A stretch of 64,000 bases of DNA from the human T2T-CHM13v2.0 reference genome, Homo sapiens. The notes under the pieces are model-generated. The model searched no databases, was not told the origin of the DNA, and saw only the letters and a list, made by a program, of their open reading frames with translations. The stretch lies in assembly GCF_009914755.1 (NCBI RefSeq), contig NC_060947.1; one strand, written 5' to 3'. Made by a program: the position numbers and the translations under genes. Shown here one piece after another: positions 1 to 13,197 of this stretch. How positions within the stretch are numbered: the first letter of the stretch is position 1; each line of letters opens with the position of its first letter.

Positions 1-1506
1 TACTTATTGAATGCCTACTAGCGCCATGCAGTGCACTGAGGAGAGCAAGAGAGCTTGCAGTTAGTAGTAGAAACCATCCGTGTCCTGCTCCTGGACGTTG
101 CTTATCCTACATCAATGCACACAGGCCCCTCGTACAATTGTCGGCACTCTCATTCTGTGACAAAGGGGTTGGGGAGGAAGAGCAGGGATGGAGAGGGGAC
201 TTTGCATTCCACTGGGGCTTGGGAGCTTTTTCTGGCTGTCAGAGCCCAGTTGCCTGTACCCTGGAAATGCTGGGAAATTGACATTCCTTCGGGGCAGCCC
301 TCAACCATGACTGACAGGAGTTGGTATATAAATATCTCACCTTTATCATCCTGTGTGCTGGCTCTGGAAATCCATGCTGTATTAAGTTCCACTGGCCCAC
401 AGTAATAGCTATCTTGATAATGAATCTTGATAACTGGCTTCCTTCTCTGTTCCTATCTCACTTCCCCACACCCCTATGGAGGTCCCATATACATGACTTG
501 CACTCCAATCCTGAAGGCATCTTGAGGTCTTCTGAGGAACCCAAGCTAAGATCCAGTCTATAGGGGAAGGCAGACATACTGACTAGTGTGAAGAGGGCAA
601 CAAGGTGAAGTACAATTTGTTTCCAGTTACAATCTTCCTGCTTAATTTTCTGTGTGACATTCAGGGTCCTTTGTTATGAAGAAGAAGAGACATAGGGGAA
701 GAAGTACTTATTTTGTTATATACAGTGTGGGGAAAAAGTTTCATTGTTTTATTGAAAATGGAGAAATATGACTATGAATCCAGCCATGAGCATGATGCCT
801 CTGTTATCTGTAATGGGAAAATTAAAGATGCTTCTGATTTGTATTAACTGTAATAAATGGGCCAGGTGTGGGGCAGAGGGCTCTGCTGGGCAGCAAAGAG
901 AGGCAAAATGTGATTTACAATATCCAAGGCCTTAATAATGGTTTCAGTAACCTTAAATACCAGTTTGATAACTTGATAAATAAAGCTCTTTGTTAGATTA
1001 TAAAAATAAAAGCAAAAAGATCAAAAGTAATAGAATTGGGGCTGAAAAAATTATTTTCCAGGCAGCTACTGACCATTACAAAATTCCTTCTTTCTGTTTA
1101 TAGTGACGGGCCACCCAACCTCCAAGTTATTTATTACAGTGTAACAGCTGCATTCTATGTGTATGGGTGCATTACCTAAAATCCCTTATGCTTTCCTTCA
1201 ATAATGATTTTATTAGCATCAGTGATTGTGTCTGTATTGAGTAGTTTATAGCATATAGTGAGCCATGCTGTTCATCTGTAGCCAAAGCTCAAAAAGTGTT
1301 AGTAAAGCAGTGTAAAGGAAAGCTATTTCGCTTTGGGCTCACTGGCTCAAACCATTGTTCCCTCTGTTAACCTGTTATTTACCTAGTATGGAAACAGGGT
1401 GCTGCTGAGCAGAAATGAGCAGTGGGAACACTTCTTTCCCCTCAGAAAACAGGGGAAAGAAGTGCTAATAGCATCCGGGGTAAACTGCACTAAAAATCTT
1501 GCTCTA

Positions 1507-1800
1507 GGCTGGTCGCGGTGGCTCATGCCTGTAATCCCAGCACTTTGAGAGGCTGAGGCTGGTGGAACATTTGGGGCCAGGACAAGACCAGCCTGGCCAA
1601 CATGGTGAAATCCCGTCTGTACTAAAAATACAAAAAAAATTTACAGAGTGTGGTGGTGTACATCTGTAATCCCAGCTACTCGGGAGGCTGAAGCAAGAGA
1701 ATCACTTGAACTCTGGAGGCAGAGATTGCAGTGAGTTGAGATCGTGCCTGGGCGATAGTGAGTGAGACTGCCTCAAACAAAATAAAACAAATAAAAAAAA
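1507..1800 (+). mobile_element. AluS SINE (full dimer with small internal deletions)
   Basis: Starts GGCTGGTCGCGGTGGCTCATGCCTGTAATCCCAGCAC, has the central A-rich linker and an A-rich tail. TSD AAAAATCTTGCTCTA (1492-1506) / AAAAGTCTTGCTCTA (1797-1811). Confidence 0.97.
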
Positions 1801-3437
1801 GTCTTGCTCTACAGGGGCATAAGGGGGCATAGTTGCCAGTCAATTCAGTCCCTGTGTACTGGCCTTTCATTGTCTTGCCTCTCGGCTAGAAGACAGTGTT
1901 GTCCCAAGGTTCTCCCAGGCAGGGAGGAAGCTCAGGAAGAAAGACTGGGTTTGAGCCTCTGACCAAATGCTTGCCAATGTGCAGGAAATAGATTCTGTCC
2001 GCTCCACATGAAGGATCTCTTCTGTCATGTTCCCTTTTATCCAAATATGTGGAATGTGTGGAGAAACACATTAAGTATCCAACACCAATAGCACATTAGT
2101 GTAGCTTAGTTCATCATGTTCCCTTTAGAGAAGAACCTTTCTCCTTCTGGGTAACAGTATAAAGTAATGGTGGTGGTGGTGTTTCCTGCAGGGAGAATAA
2201 TAGACATTTTGATGCGACAGATTCTGTGTAATGGAGAACCTTGGCTAACAGAGCTTGCTGATTTCACAGAAAATAATTTGATTTCTGAAATCATTATTTA
2301 AGGAGCACATGTCTTTTTTTAATGAGGACTCCACCTGCTGTACAGGGAGGAGTAAAGGAAAGATGCCAGGAAATGAAAGCCTGGTGAAGGAAATTAGAGA
2401 TGACTAAGTATTCTTAAGAAGCCGCATCTAACACTAGGCATAAAGGCTGGCATTGGAGAGGGGCCAGCCTGAGAACAGGAGCTGACTGTACTCCTTGTCA
2501 ACTCCAGTGGGCAGAACCTAGTGGAGAGGAAGCTGAAAAAGGGCAGTTGAGGGGATAAAAGTGGATAGAAAGGAGGCTATTAGTTCAGAGTCTTTAAGAA
2601 TAATTTGTGCTTTTACACTGCAGCTGTTATTTAAGTTAAGGGAACCAAAAGGAGGAAAAGAAAGGACAGAACCACATGTCTGCTTTTAGAAGAGTTACTG
2701 ATAAAGAACACAGACCTTTCTCTGTCACTTCATCATCAGGCTTTATTTGTTCACTGCATAATTCCCTCTGGTCCTTGCTCCTCTGTGAGGGCATCTGATG
2801 AATTAAGCTACACTGATGTGTTATTAGGTACTATACATTCATTGTATTTCTCTTCACAGGTAGTATATTTGTATTTCAAAGGGGATTCAAATTTGAGGAA
2901 ATAATTTATCATGTGACAGTGGTAAACAATTAGGTCAAAACCAAATTTTGCCCTCCCTATTCCTGTCACAGATCCATTAGTTGTGAGCTCAAAAAACATT
3001 CTCTCTCCAGATTTCTGTTCAACTATTCATCACATTACTTAAACATGTGGAGTATACAATATAAACTATTATCTTAGAGAGGTATAAAGAAACAACAAAG
3101 GCAAGGTACAGGACTGAATGGCAGAGATATGTGCCACTCACTCCTACCAACCCCATGCTTGGATGAAGGCATCTTCAGAAGCTGTAAGTTTCATCACTGT
3201 ATGACATTTGAATTGATCATCAGCAAAAGACTTATGTGGAAGTGATTCACTCAGAGCTGGTTTCTTGCCAGAGTATTCTAGGATACAATGGATTGTCCCG
3301 GAGCTTCTCTATGCCTGTGGTGCCTTGTCAGGTGACCACCTAACATAATTTATATTCTGAGGCACTAGGCAGGGTACGAGAACACCAACTTTCAGCCAAC
3401 AGTGAACAGGTTTATTTCACTGTGCTTTAAGGTAGAC

Positions 3438-3647
3438 CAGCGTTGTTCAGAAGAACTTTCTGTGATGCAGGGAATGTTCTACATCTGTGCTGTCCAATAC
3501 ATAGCCACTAGCCACCTGTTTTTGAACACTTGAAATATGGCTAGTTTGACTGAGAAAATGGAATTTGAATTTTATCCTTTTTAATTAATTTGCATTTAAA
3601 TTTAAATAGCCACATGTGGCTAGCGGCTACTGTCTTACACAGTGCAG
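3438..3647. mobile_element. MER3-like hAT-Charlie non-autonomous DNA transposon
   Basis: Matches the recalled MER3 consensus (CTGTCCAATA..TAGCCACTAGCCAC..AAATAGCCACATGTGGCTAG). 8-bp TSD AGGTAGAC (3430-3437) / AAGTAGAC (3648-3655). Confidence 0.88.
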
Positions 3648-5703
3648 AAGTAGACCTTGGAAAATGAGGAAATTGAATAATTAGCAACTTTTATCTTTAA
3701 CATTAAAGAGAAGCCTGTTAGCCTGTGGTCACCCATTTAAATCACTGTTTTTCCTGGTAGCTATGTATGTCTGTGAGTTTGAGTGACTATGATGTGAGCT
3801 ATTGTTTCTCCAGGAAACATGTAAATTTGGTGTTAAGGGTAGAGTCCCCTTGCCCTCTTTTTCAGCCTCTAGTAAGACTAACAAGTAGGGCCGCTTTCTC
3901 TTCCATATGCAGCAGGCATTGCCTCACAAAGCTGGATTGGGCTTTTTGGTAATAGCAAGAAGCTGGAGTCTTTCCAAAAAATAAAAGCTTTCCTTAAAGA
4001 AAAGACATTCTCTAGGTACTGGCTGTGGAAATAAGTAGAGGCCTCTTAAGTAGAAATAATGGCAGCCCTTCCTTCAACTCTCCCCAGGAATGACAGCATT
4101 AGTGGTTTGAATACATTAAAGGCTGGATCACTCTATCCCCACTCCAGGCGGATCAAGCATATACATATTTTTAATTCCTTGCCCTTGGTCAACCAACAAA
4201 AGGGGATTGGGACTGAAATCCCATGTGCGTCTCCTTGGAATTTAAAGCCCACTTTGCTGAGACAGGATTAGGCAAGATAAAGGAAAAAGCAAGAAAATGA
4301 ACACAAACACAATTAGACTAAACCAGCCCTGGAGTTAAGTCATGTGTAATTTCCAATAGAAAAAGATTTAATTATGCTGTCATGACCAAAATCACTTATT
4401 AAGTGCCCATTTATATGTGATGCTGGACTGAGAAGATAGACAGAAAAAGTCAGACTTGGTTTCAGCCCACTAGACATACAATAATGAAACAGAGAGATAT
4501 TCAGGATGGGAATTAAATACATTAATGAATATTTACATTCAATGCAAACGTAGCCCCCATAGAGCAGGCTTGAAACTCAAATAACTACAGAACAAAGCTC
4601 TGGACTGTTCTCACTTGGATGTGTTGGATGCAGAAGGTTGGGGGAGGAGGATGAAGGAAGTTACTTGGATCTGTTATTCTCTCTGTGATATACATAATGT
4701 GCTATTTGTCCAATGGGGAAGGTATATGGGTAGTGGCAGGTGGAGAGGGAGGAAGTCCAGGACTTATACAGCCTGGAAGCTGTTCTCCTTCTGCTCCAAA
4801 CCAGAGAAATACAACCAAGCCTGCACCTCTCTCTGCAGCGTACGCTAATGTAGGTCACAGAAGGTGTGTGGAAGAGAGAGACAGCAAGTGAGTAGTTGAA
4901 CTCCATGAACCACCAGGAGTCCCTCTAAACGGGGTGGAGCAAGGGTTTTCCCACCCCAGGCCATTGAGATAAGAGAGGCAAACTAGGCTTAAAGCTAAGC
5001 ACAAGGCTAAAGACCAAGAAACCAACTGAAGGCACCCAAAAGTTTGCCAAACCAAAGGAGCTAGAGGTGCAAAGTAGGTATGAAGTACAAAGCCAGGAAT
5101 GTAGAAACCAAGAATATGGGTGAAAGAAAATGGGTTGAGAAAAAAGAGATAAATTTGGGGCAATTACTTAGAACAGTTACAATCATTTGAAGCTTGTTTT
5201 TAGGCTGGCATATGCTGAATTTGAAAAGTTAGATGAGTCATGGAGGTAATGACAAGTGGTGACTTTGTAGGGCAAAAATTGGAACTTCCAGCATTGAAAA
5301 AATCTGTGCAATAGCCAATTAGAAACCTAGAGCTCAAGGATAGTCCATATCCAAACCAAAATGTCACCTTTGTGAGATTAGGAAAATAAGGTGTGAAAAT
5401 TCTCCAAGTGTGCTGGCTCTGATACAAAGAAGTGGTTCTTCCATCACAGAATGGTGTGGGGCATGGAACAGCCTGGAACACAGACAAAGGCTAAGAAGAA
5501 GAAAAATCTAAAAGAACACAGGATCTTTTTCTGAAGTACAACTCCTTAAATGTCTTACCTCTCTAAATCCAATGGGAATTTTTCAATCCTTGCTTATTTT
5601 CTTGGTCACATTTGATAGTATGGATCAGTGTTACCCTCTTGAAAACTTTTGGCATTGGTTCTGTGACATCACATTCTTCTGGCTTTCCTCCTCACTTGAT
5701 ATC

Positions 5704-5876
5704 AGTCTTTTATGGAGTCCATAGATGCCTTAAGACAGTTGAATGAACTTCTAAAATTGTGTATGAAATATTGCTTGTTTGCACTTGAACATTTTTTTCC
5801 CTTTGGAAAGGGGGTTTTAAGCTTTCTTTGGATCCTCAAAGTAGTCCTTCACTCAAAACAAGTTAAGAATCACTAT
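5704..5876. mobile_element. MER103-like hAT-Charlie MITE
   Basis: Resembles the recalled MER103 consensus and ends AAGTTAAGAATCACTA (TIR-like). Confidence 0.55.
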
Positions 5877-6132
5877 TCTATTCACTCTTCTTGGATGATG
5901 ATCTCCTTCTTTTCTGAGGCTTTAGTTAGACTCTATATGATAAAAACATCTGAATCCATATCTCCAGCCTGTTTCTTTCACCTGTGCTTTAGATACATAT
6001 ATCTAACTCTCTACTAGAAAACACCACCTGGCACATAAAATTCATCGTGTTCCAGATCAAATTTATTATTTTTTCCTACTGGCCTCAATTCTCCTCCTCT
6101 ACCTGTGTTTTCTACTTTGATTAATGATATTA

Positions 6133-6586
6133 TGTTTTCTTAAGTTTCCCCAAAAGTAGACTTTGAGACAAAGATTTGAGTGTAGTATATTTTAGAGATG
6201 ATCCCAGGAAGCATTGTGAGGGAGGAGGGAAGTGGGGTTGGGAAGGGAAGATGGTCAATAAAGTGTAAACAATCACACCAGAAACCACTGTGGGAAACCA
6301 ACACTTATTCCTACTGAGAAAATTCTGTGAACACTATAGAACATAGACTAAAGCTGAGATATTTATACATTAGCTCCTATCTATCATTTGTTGAGGACTG
6401 CTTTCCATGGGTGTTACTTCTCCAGCACTGCTGGCCTCCAGCATGGATGGGCAAAATGTGCTTCAGTGGCTGGAGAAAGACCTCAGGTGAAGGAATGTAG
6501 GGGCTGGGAGCTGGAAATTTGTGTGGCATTTTCCAAGGGGGTAAAGGCAAGAAGACATGAGTGGGGCACCAACAGCATATACTACA
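6133..6586 (-). mobile_element. LTR33-like ERVL solo LTR
   Basis: TTCCCCAAAAGTAGACTTTGAGACAAAGATTTGAGTG...GATCCCAGGAAGCA...GTGGGGCACCAACAGCATATACTACA. L2 sequence continues on both sides. Confidence 0.7.
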
Positions 6587-7265
6587 ACCATCCACCCAGT
6601 TGGTCAGGTTAGAAACCTGAACGTGATCCTTTATTTCTTGCCTCTTTTTCATTCCTCACGTGCAATTATTCAGCAGGGACTGTTGCTTCTATCTCTGAAC
6701 ATCTCTCAAATTCATCTACCTCTCTCTTTAATCCCTATTCCCTGTCAGTTCATGCTACCATTTTCTTTCACCCAGACATTCCACAGCAGCCCCCTAAATT
6801 ATTTATTTTTAAAGAGAGGGCATTTTCTCTCTCTCTTTGCATTCTTGTCTCAGTTCATGAGATGGGAACTTCCGCTGGCCTTTCTCCCCTCAGGGAAATG
6901 CTGGTGAATGCCAACACTGCTACCCTCTCCATGAAGTTTAGTGGAGGAGACTCTAACAGTTTTTGATTCCTCTCCGCTCCTGACTTCAATGCCCCACAAA
7001 GAGTATTGAATTTATCTGAGGGATGGTATTGGGGTAAAGGTCATTGTTCAGCATGGGGCTTTCTCTTTCTCACCCAAGCAATGCCCTCCACCTGTCTGCC
7101 TATGAAGCAGCACTTTCTCCTTTCCATTCCTGCTTCCATGTGGTAAACTAACCAGAGAAAGGCCTCTCCACCTTAATATGGAGTTTGTATGTTTCAAATT
7201 CATCCAGTTGGATAAACTCAATTCAAAAGGAGGAAATAGGAGGAGCCATTAGAACTTGGGCCCCA

Positions 7266-8025
7266 GTGTCCATCAGGGAAATGTAAGTCAAAACCACGGT
7301 GAGATATCAATTCACACCTGTTAGAATGGCTGTTATCAAAACAACAAAAGATAGTAAGTGTTGCCCAGGATATGGAGAAATTGAAACATTTGCACACGGC
7401 TGATGGGAATGCAAAATGATGCAGACACTATGGAAAATGGTATGGAGGTTCATTAAAAAATATAAAATAGCACTACCATACGATCCAGCAATCCCACTGC
7501 TGGGTATTTATCTGAAAGAATTGAAATCAGGATCTTGAAGAGATATCTGCACTGTCATATTCATTAAACTACTATTTATAATAACCAACATGTAGAAACA
7601 ACCTAAATGCCCATTGACATATAAGTGGATAAAGAAAGTGTGTTTTATACATGCAACAAAGTATTATTCAGCCTCAAGAAAAAGGAAATCCTTCCATATG
7701 TGACAACATGTATGAAACTTCAGGGCATTATGATAAGTGAAATAGTCACAGAAGGACTAAATATTGTATGATTTCATTTATAGTAGGAATCTAAAATAGT
7801 TAAACTCATAGAAGCAAACAATATAAGGGTAGTTGTCAGTACTCAGGAGGAAGGGTAAATGGGGAGTTGCTGTTCAATGGATATGAAAATTCAGTTTTGC
7901 AAGGCAAATAAGTTCTAGAGATCTGGTGTGAAACATTGTGCCTACAGTTAATAGTACTGTATTGTACACTTAAATTTGTTAAGAGGGTGGATTTAAGTTA
8001 AGTGTGCTTACCACATACAAACATG
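7266..8025 (+). mobile_element. Old L1 (L1MA/L1MB class) 3' end
   Basis: ORF2 C-terminal and 3'UTR motifs: GATCCAGCAATCCCACTGCTGGGTATTTATC, AAGTTCTAGAGATCTG, TGTATTGTACACTTAAATTTGTTAAGAGGG. Confidence 0.88.
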
Positions 8026-8039
8026 CACACGAAAGTGTC

Positions 8040-8545
8040 CGGATGTGGACAATAAAATATAGGATCACCCTACATCAAAACTGTACCTCCCCTTGGCATG
8101 ACTTACTTACTCTCGCCTTGGCTTTCCTTCCTCCTGTCATTGCCAATCTTCTTCCCCTGCTCTCTCAACTCCAGCCTGTTTTTCTCCTGCATTCTGCTCT
8201 GCCTCACCTCTGTGTGCCTTCGGCTGGAATATGCTTCCGTGCCTGCTGCCTGATTCATTAGCTAACCCCTACTGTTTTTTGGGTCATAGCTTTGTTATCA
8301 CTCCCTTTGGGAAGTCTTTCTTCACCATCTTAGCCTAGGTTACTGCTCACAGCACTCTGTGCTTTCCCTATTATGACATGTGTCACACTGCATTGCAATT
8401 GCCTATGAAGCTATCTGTACCCGTGCTAGACTATGAACTCCATTTAGACAGGGATTGTGCTCTCTTTGTCTTACTGTGCCCAACACTTGGTGTAATTTAC
8501 TCTCTGCACACTTTAGATTCTCAGGAGATTCTTGTTGAAAAATTT
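8040..8545 (+). mobile_element. L2 3' remnant
   Basis: CTAGACTATGAACTCCATTTAGACAGGGATTGTG...TCAGGAGATTCTTGTTGAA resembles the L2 3' end. Confidence 0.55.
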
Positions 8546-9479
8546 AAATGTATAGAAAACCAACGTGTAACCTCATTATTTAAGTTCCATAGTTTGTTAA
8601 TGTAGTACAAGAGTCAGATGGATGAATTTTGCAGTACATTTCTTAACAATTACAAAGCACTTTAAATACAAAATTGCCTACATAGGCAATGGGTAATGGC
8701 TATGACCTGGAGTGGGTTGAAAGGACTTGAAGAATGAATTGACTTGAGAAGATTGGGGAAAGCATGGAGGACAGATCCATGAGGACAATCGAGTGGGCCA
8801 AGGCACATAGACCCTTGACTTGAACCTAGCATGTTCAAGGAACAGTGAGCAGAGCAGCTTGGCTCAAAAACACTAGATGTAAATCAATATGGAATCCTAA
8901 AATGTGCTTAAGTAACCCATAGGAAGGCAAGGAAAGATAAACACAGGAATAAGAAATAAAGGAAACAAATAGAAAACAAGTAATAAAATGGCATGCTTAA
9001 GCCCTAACATATCAATAATAACCTTAATTGTAAAATGGTGCAAATGTACCAGTTAAGAGACTGAGTGAACAAAGAATATAATCCACCTATATACTTTCTG
9101 CAAGAAACTCACTTTAAATATAATAGTATATGCAGGTTGAAAGTTAAAAGAATAGAAAAACATATACCATGTAAACATTAACATTTTTTTAAAAGCAGGA
9201 GTGATTATGTTAATACTGGTCAAAGTACACTTCAGAGCAAAGGAAATTACCAGGGACAGATAGAGGCATTACATAATGATGAAAAAAATCAATCCACTAA
9301 AACATAACAATTCTAAATGTGCATGCGCAAAACAACAGAGCTTCAAAATATGTGATGCAAAATCTGATAAAGCTGAAGATAAATGTGTAAGTAAACGCAT
9401 AATTATAGTTGGAAACTTCAACACTGTACTCTCAAAAATTGGTAGTACTACATTAAAAGGTTAAGAAAGAAATACTGTG

Positions 9480-9542
9480 TGTATTAGAGTTTTCCAGAAA
9501 AAAAGAACCAATATTTTATACACATAAATATTGTGTGTGTGT

Positions 9543-9594
<52 letters not shown>

Positions 9595-10076
9595 AGGGGA
9601 GGGAGAGAGAAGGGGAGAGAGAAAGAGGTTTATTAAAAGGTATTGGCTCATGCAGTTGTGGAGGCTGAGAAGTCCCCTGATCTGCCATTTACAAGCTGAA
9701 GACCCCAGAAAGTTGGTGGTGTAGTTCTAAGGCCTGAGAACTAGAGGGCCAATGATACAGAGTGCAGCCTAAGTCTGAAGGCCTGAGAACAAGGAGCGCT
9801 GAGGGCAGGAGAAGATCGATATCCCAGAGCAAGTAGTCAGGCAGAGGGACCATGAACCCAATCTTCCTCCACTTTTTTGTTCTATTCAGGTCCTCACCTG
9901 ATTAGATGAGGCACATCCACAATGGGTAAGGCCATCTACTTTACTTAGGCCTCCAATCCAAATGCTAGCTTCTTTAGATAACACCCTCACAGACACACCC
10001 AAAATAATATTTAATCAACTATCTGAGCATCTCATGGCTCAGTCAAGTTTTATGACACATAAAATTAACCATCACA
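9480..10076 (-). mobile_element. MLT2 (MLT2B/C-like) ERVL solo LTR
   Basis: Runs TGTATTAGAG...TGACACATAAAATTAACCATCACA, the reverse of the MLT2 start. 5-bp TSD CTGTG (9475-9479) / TTGTG (10077-10081). Confidence 0.9.
9532..9593. repeat. (TG)~31 microsatellite with one interruption
   Basis: Read directly; lies inside the MLT2 LTR. Confidence 0.98.
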
Positions 10077-10884
10077 TTGTGAACAACTGTATAATCATAA
10101 ATTCAACAGCTTAGATGAAACAAAGTAATTCCTCAAAATGTACAAACTACCAAAACTCACCAAGATGAAATAGATAATCTGAATAGACATAAAACCATTA
10201 AAAATTGAATTTGTAATTGAAAGCTTTTTAAAAAAGTAGTCTCTAGGGCTAGACGGTTTCACTGGTGGATCCTACCAAACATGTAAAGAACTACACTCAT
10301 TTTACTCACTCTCTTCCTGAGAATAAATTATTATGGATGTTTTAAGCCACTAAGCTTTGATGTGGGTTGCTATGTAGCATTAGGTAACTGAAACACCAGG
10401 TTACTTACATTCTCTTCTAATGGTCTTATTCTTTCTGTAACCCATGACAATCCAAACTGGCTCCTTCCTTGAAGATGAGCTATTATATTAATTACAGAGA
10501 ATTTGACTGGTGTATCTGCAGTTGTTCAGTTTCTACACCTGGTATATAGTTGACCAGTGCCTTACTTACATTGTTCTGTTATTTCTGTTTCTAAATGTTT
10601 ATGCTTCATCTTATGCAATGTTGAAACTCTTCCTAGGACACACTGAAGTAAAGTAAATCTCAGAGCGCCCTCCAGCTATTGTCATCTCAAATCCCTCTAT
10701 CTTTCTGCCTTAGGCCTCTGCTCTGCTCAGAGTGGCCATGGAGCATCTTTTTATCTTATGGTAAGGGAGAATCTTAGGTTGGTTTTTATGGTTATAACTG
10801 TTATTTACTGCTAACATTTATTGACTGCTTACTATGTATCAGGACTATACATGTATTCCTCCATAGTTGTTATGTCTGTGCCTA

Positions 10885-11144
10885 TTGGCAGTTCTGGGTT
10901 GGAGATGTCTGCAGTCCGATATACATGAGGATCAATAAGGAAACCCAAGAAAATCCTTGCTGGGTCATCCCTCAAGTCCCAAGGTCCCTAGGCATTTCAC
11001 CTTCTTTCCACCTTTCAGAGTTTTCCTATACTCAGTTACTGTGTTGTGTTATATACTTGGTTATGTTCAGGTTTTTATTTTAATTGTAAGAGAGAAGACC
11101 CGGGATGAATGGAGCTACTCCATTTTGGCCAGAAGTAGAAATCC
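10885..11144 (-). mobile_element. L1M 5'UTR terminal fragment
   Basis: Reverse complement reads GGATTTCTACTTCTGGCCAAAATGGAGTAG...CTCTGAAAGGTGGAAAGAAG...CTAGGGACCTTGGGAC, like old L1M 5' ends. Confidence 0.6.
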
Positions 11145-11145
11145 A

Positions 11146-11573
11146 TAACCATTTATTTAGCTTATGAATCTACAATTTGGTCAGGACGTATATCTGCCAC
11201 TTGTGTTGTCAGCTGGGGTGACTCAAATGGGGGCTGGAGGATCTACTTTGAAGATGGCTCACTCCCATGACTGCCAAGTTGGTGCTAGCTGTTGGCTAGG
11301 AGCTGATCCAGGGCTGAGGTCTGGGGGCTTGGTTTTCTTTCAGTCTGGTGGCCGGGTTCTAGGGGCAAGCATCCTGTTATAAAAGAGAAACTGCATTATC
11401 TTTTATAATGGCCTTAGAAGACACATAGTATCACCTCTGCCTTAGTCAAAAGCAAGCCCTGATTCAAGGGGAGAGAATGTAGATACAAGTCTTTCAATGG
11501 GAGGATTACTGAAAGCTCATGATAGCAGATATTGTTGTGGCCATTTTGGAAAGTATTAATATAATCTGCCATA
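11146..11573 (-). mobile_element. MLT1 (F/G/H-like) MaLR LTR fragment
   Basis: GGGGCTGGAGGATCTACTTTGAAGATGGCTCACTCCCATGACTGCCAAGTTGGTGCT...TAATCTGCCATA. Confidence 0.7.
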
Positions 11574-11689
11574 CCCGGAATCAAAATGATAAAAGGAACA
11601 GGTACCCTGGCAGGCCCAGGACAGAGATGATTGCTAATCCTCCCTCAGATAAGAAGTTCTTAAATGAGGAAAGTTTGGAATTTTTTTTT

Positions 11690-11935
11690 AATGTAGCTAT
11701 TAAGAGCATGGGCTTTTGAATCGCTTGTCATGGGTTCGAATCCCATCTCCCACTTCTTGGTTGTGTGCCCTTGGACAAGTTGACTTATCTTCCCACACCT
11801 CATTGTCCTTATTTTCAGGGTGATAGTAACAATAAATACTAAATAGGGTTTTGTTAGCATTAAATGGGTTAATGAATAGAAAATACTCAGCACAGTACCT
11901 GGCCCATATAAAATTATCAAGCTATGGTGATTATT
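11690..11935 (+). mobile_element. MIR SINE
   Basis: TTAAGAGCATGGGCTTT, B-box GGGTTCGAATCCC, core region, and 3' end CTCAGCACAGTACCTGGCCCATA. Confidence 0.85.
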
Positions 11936-13197
11936 GAAGCTTTAGATGTACATATCACAAATGCATACATCATGTGCATTACTAGAATTTTAAATTATAT
12001 TTATTATATAAATATATAGAATTACACACATTATGCTTTAATCATTATTAAAGTTGAATTCAGTTATTTTCAATGTACATTTTGGTTTTCTTCATAAAGT
12101 CCTTTGTTAACGAATCCCTCTAGGTGTCATTAAATATAACTAATTCAGACAGGAATTTCCAGAATGGAAATTGCTGCCAAGGTCTTGGTGCACTGAGTTG
12201 GGAGAGGAGAGGAGGTAAGCTCCTCTCTCACAAAAAGCTGGCTGCCTTCATTAACCACCTGGACACCCATGACTATCCCACATCTTTCGCTACTGCAACA
12301 CCTACACAGAGTAGATGCTCTTTAAATGTGTCAATGGCTTTAAATTCCCATTAATACCAGTCTCTCAGAAAACTCTTGGTTGGAGATTGCTAGCAATTAC
12401 ATATCTAAAAATTTCTCAGTAGGGAAGAGCTGGATAATAATATCACTTAATCAGAAGATACCAGTGGTCTGGCTGTGACTGTGTTTGCAGAAGTCCTGGC
12501 ATCTCATCAATTTCTGGGCCTGCTAGATTAAGCAAATGCCTGAAATTCTGATGCTCTGAATATGAACTCCTTGATCAACCAGTTACTCTGATGCGGGCCC
12601 CAGATAAATCTCCAGGGCTCTGTTTCCCTTCCTGCAAAATAACATTCTCCTTCTTCACCTCTCATTTCTCTTGCTGAGTGGAGAAAGTGATATCTTTATG
12701 ACCCTAAGAGGCAATGCATGATTTAGAATAGCTTAGTAAAGAGAGCCATAAACAATGGTTGGGATGCAGAGCACTCGCTACCTTCTAATTTATTTCCTCT
12801 CCATCTGACTTTAGATGGAAAAGTAAAAGTTGCTGTTTATTTGCAGGAACAATATTTTTATGTCTCAGCTTTATTAAGCTAGATTTTGAGTCTGTTTAAC
12901 ATAAATTTCTCAGAGTTAAACCTCAATTCCAACTAGATTTTCTAAGATGGAAGTATAAATTAAATGAAAGTTGGACAGGGTAAATATTTCAGTAAAAGTA
13001 TCTATACTGCAGTCTCTGTTGAGGCTTTGGGTCCACTGTGCCCAGCATACTCAGAAGAAGGTTTGTAGGCCCTCTCCCCTGTCACTCAGACTCTAGTAAA
13101 CCAGGCTGTGTTGACCTGCCAACCTCTTCATATTATGAGATGCTTCCTACGCCAGACCTTCCCTTCTTTCTGCCGCTATTGTGTGTGTCTAGCCTAC

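Larger units (their letters stand above)
5530..6800 (+). mobile_element. L2 LINE remnant, interrupted by a MER103-like MITE and an LTR33-like LTR
   Basis: Degenerate L2-like pyrimidine-rich stretches (ACCATCCACCCAGTTG, TTCACCCAGACATTCCACAGCAGCCCCCTAA). Boundaries approximate. Confidence 0.6.
8880..10320 (+). mobile_element. Old L1M ORF2 5' fragment (internally deleted), split by MLT2
   Basis: Endonuclease-domain remnants (CAAGAAACTCAC; IIIVGNFNT in ORF 9276-9464). Resumes after the LTR with AACAACTGTATAATCATAAATTCAACAGCTTAGATGAA and GACGGTTTCACTGGTG. Confidence 0.8.

Noticed and set aside
55-563. Overlapping 80-116 aa ORFs at the window start
   Set aside because: No recognisable domain or convincing exon structure; consistent with chance ORFs.
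9461-9724. (CV)n and (TH)n ORFs
   Set aside because: They are translations of the (TG)n microsatellite.
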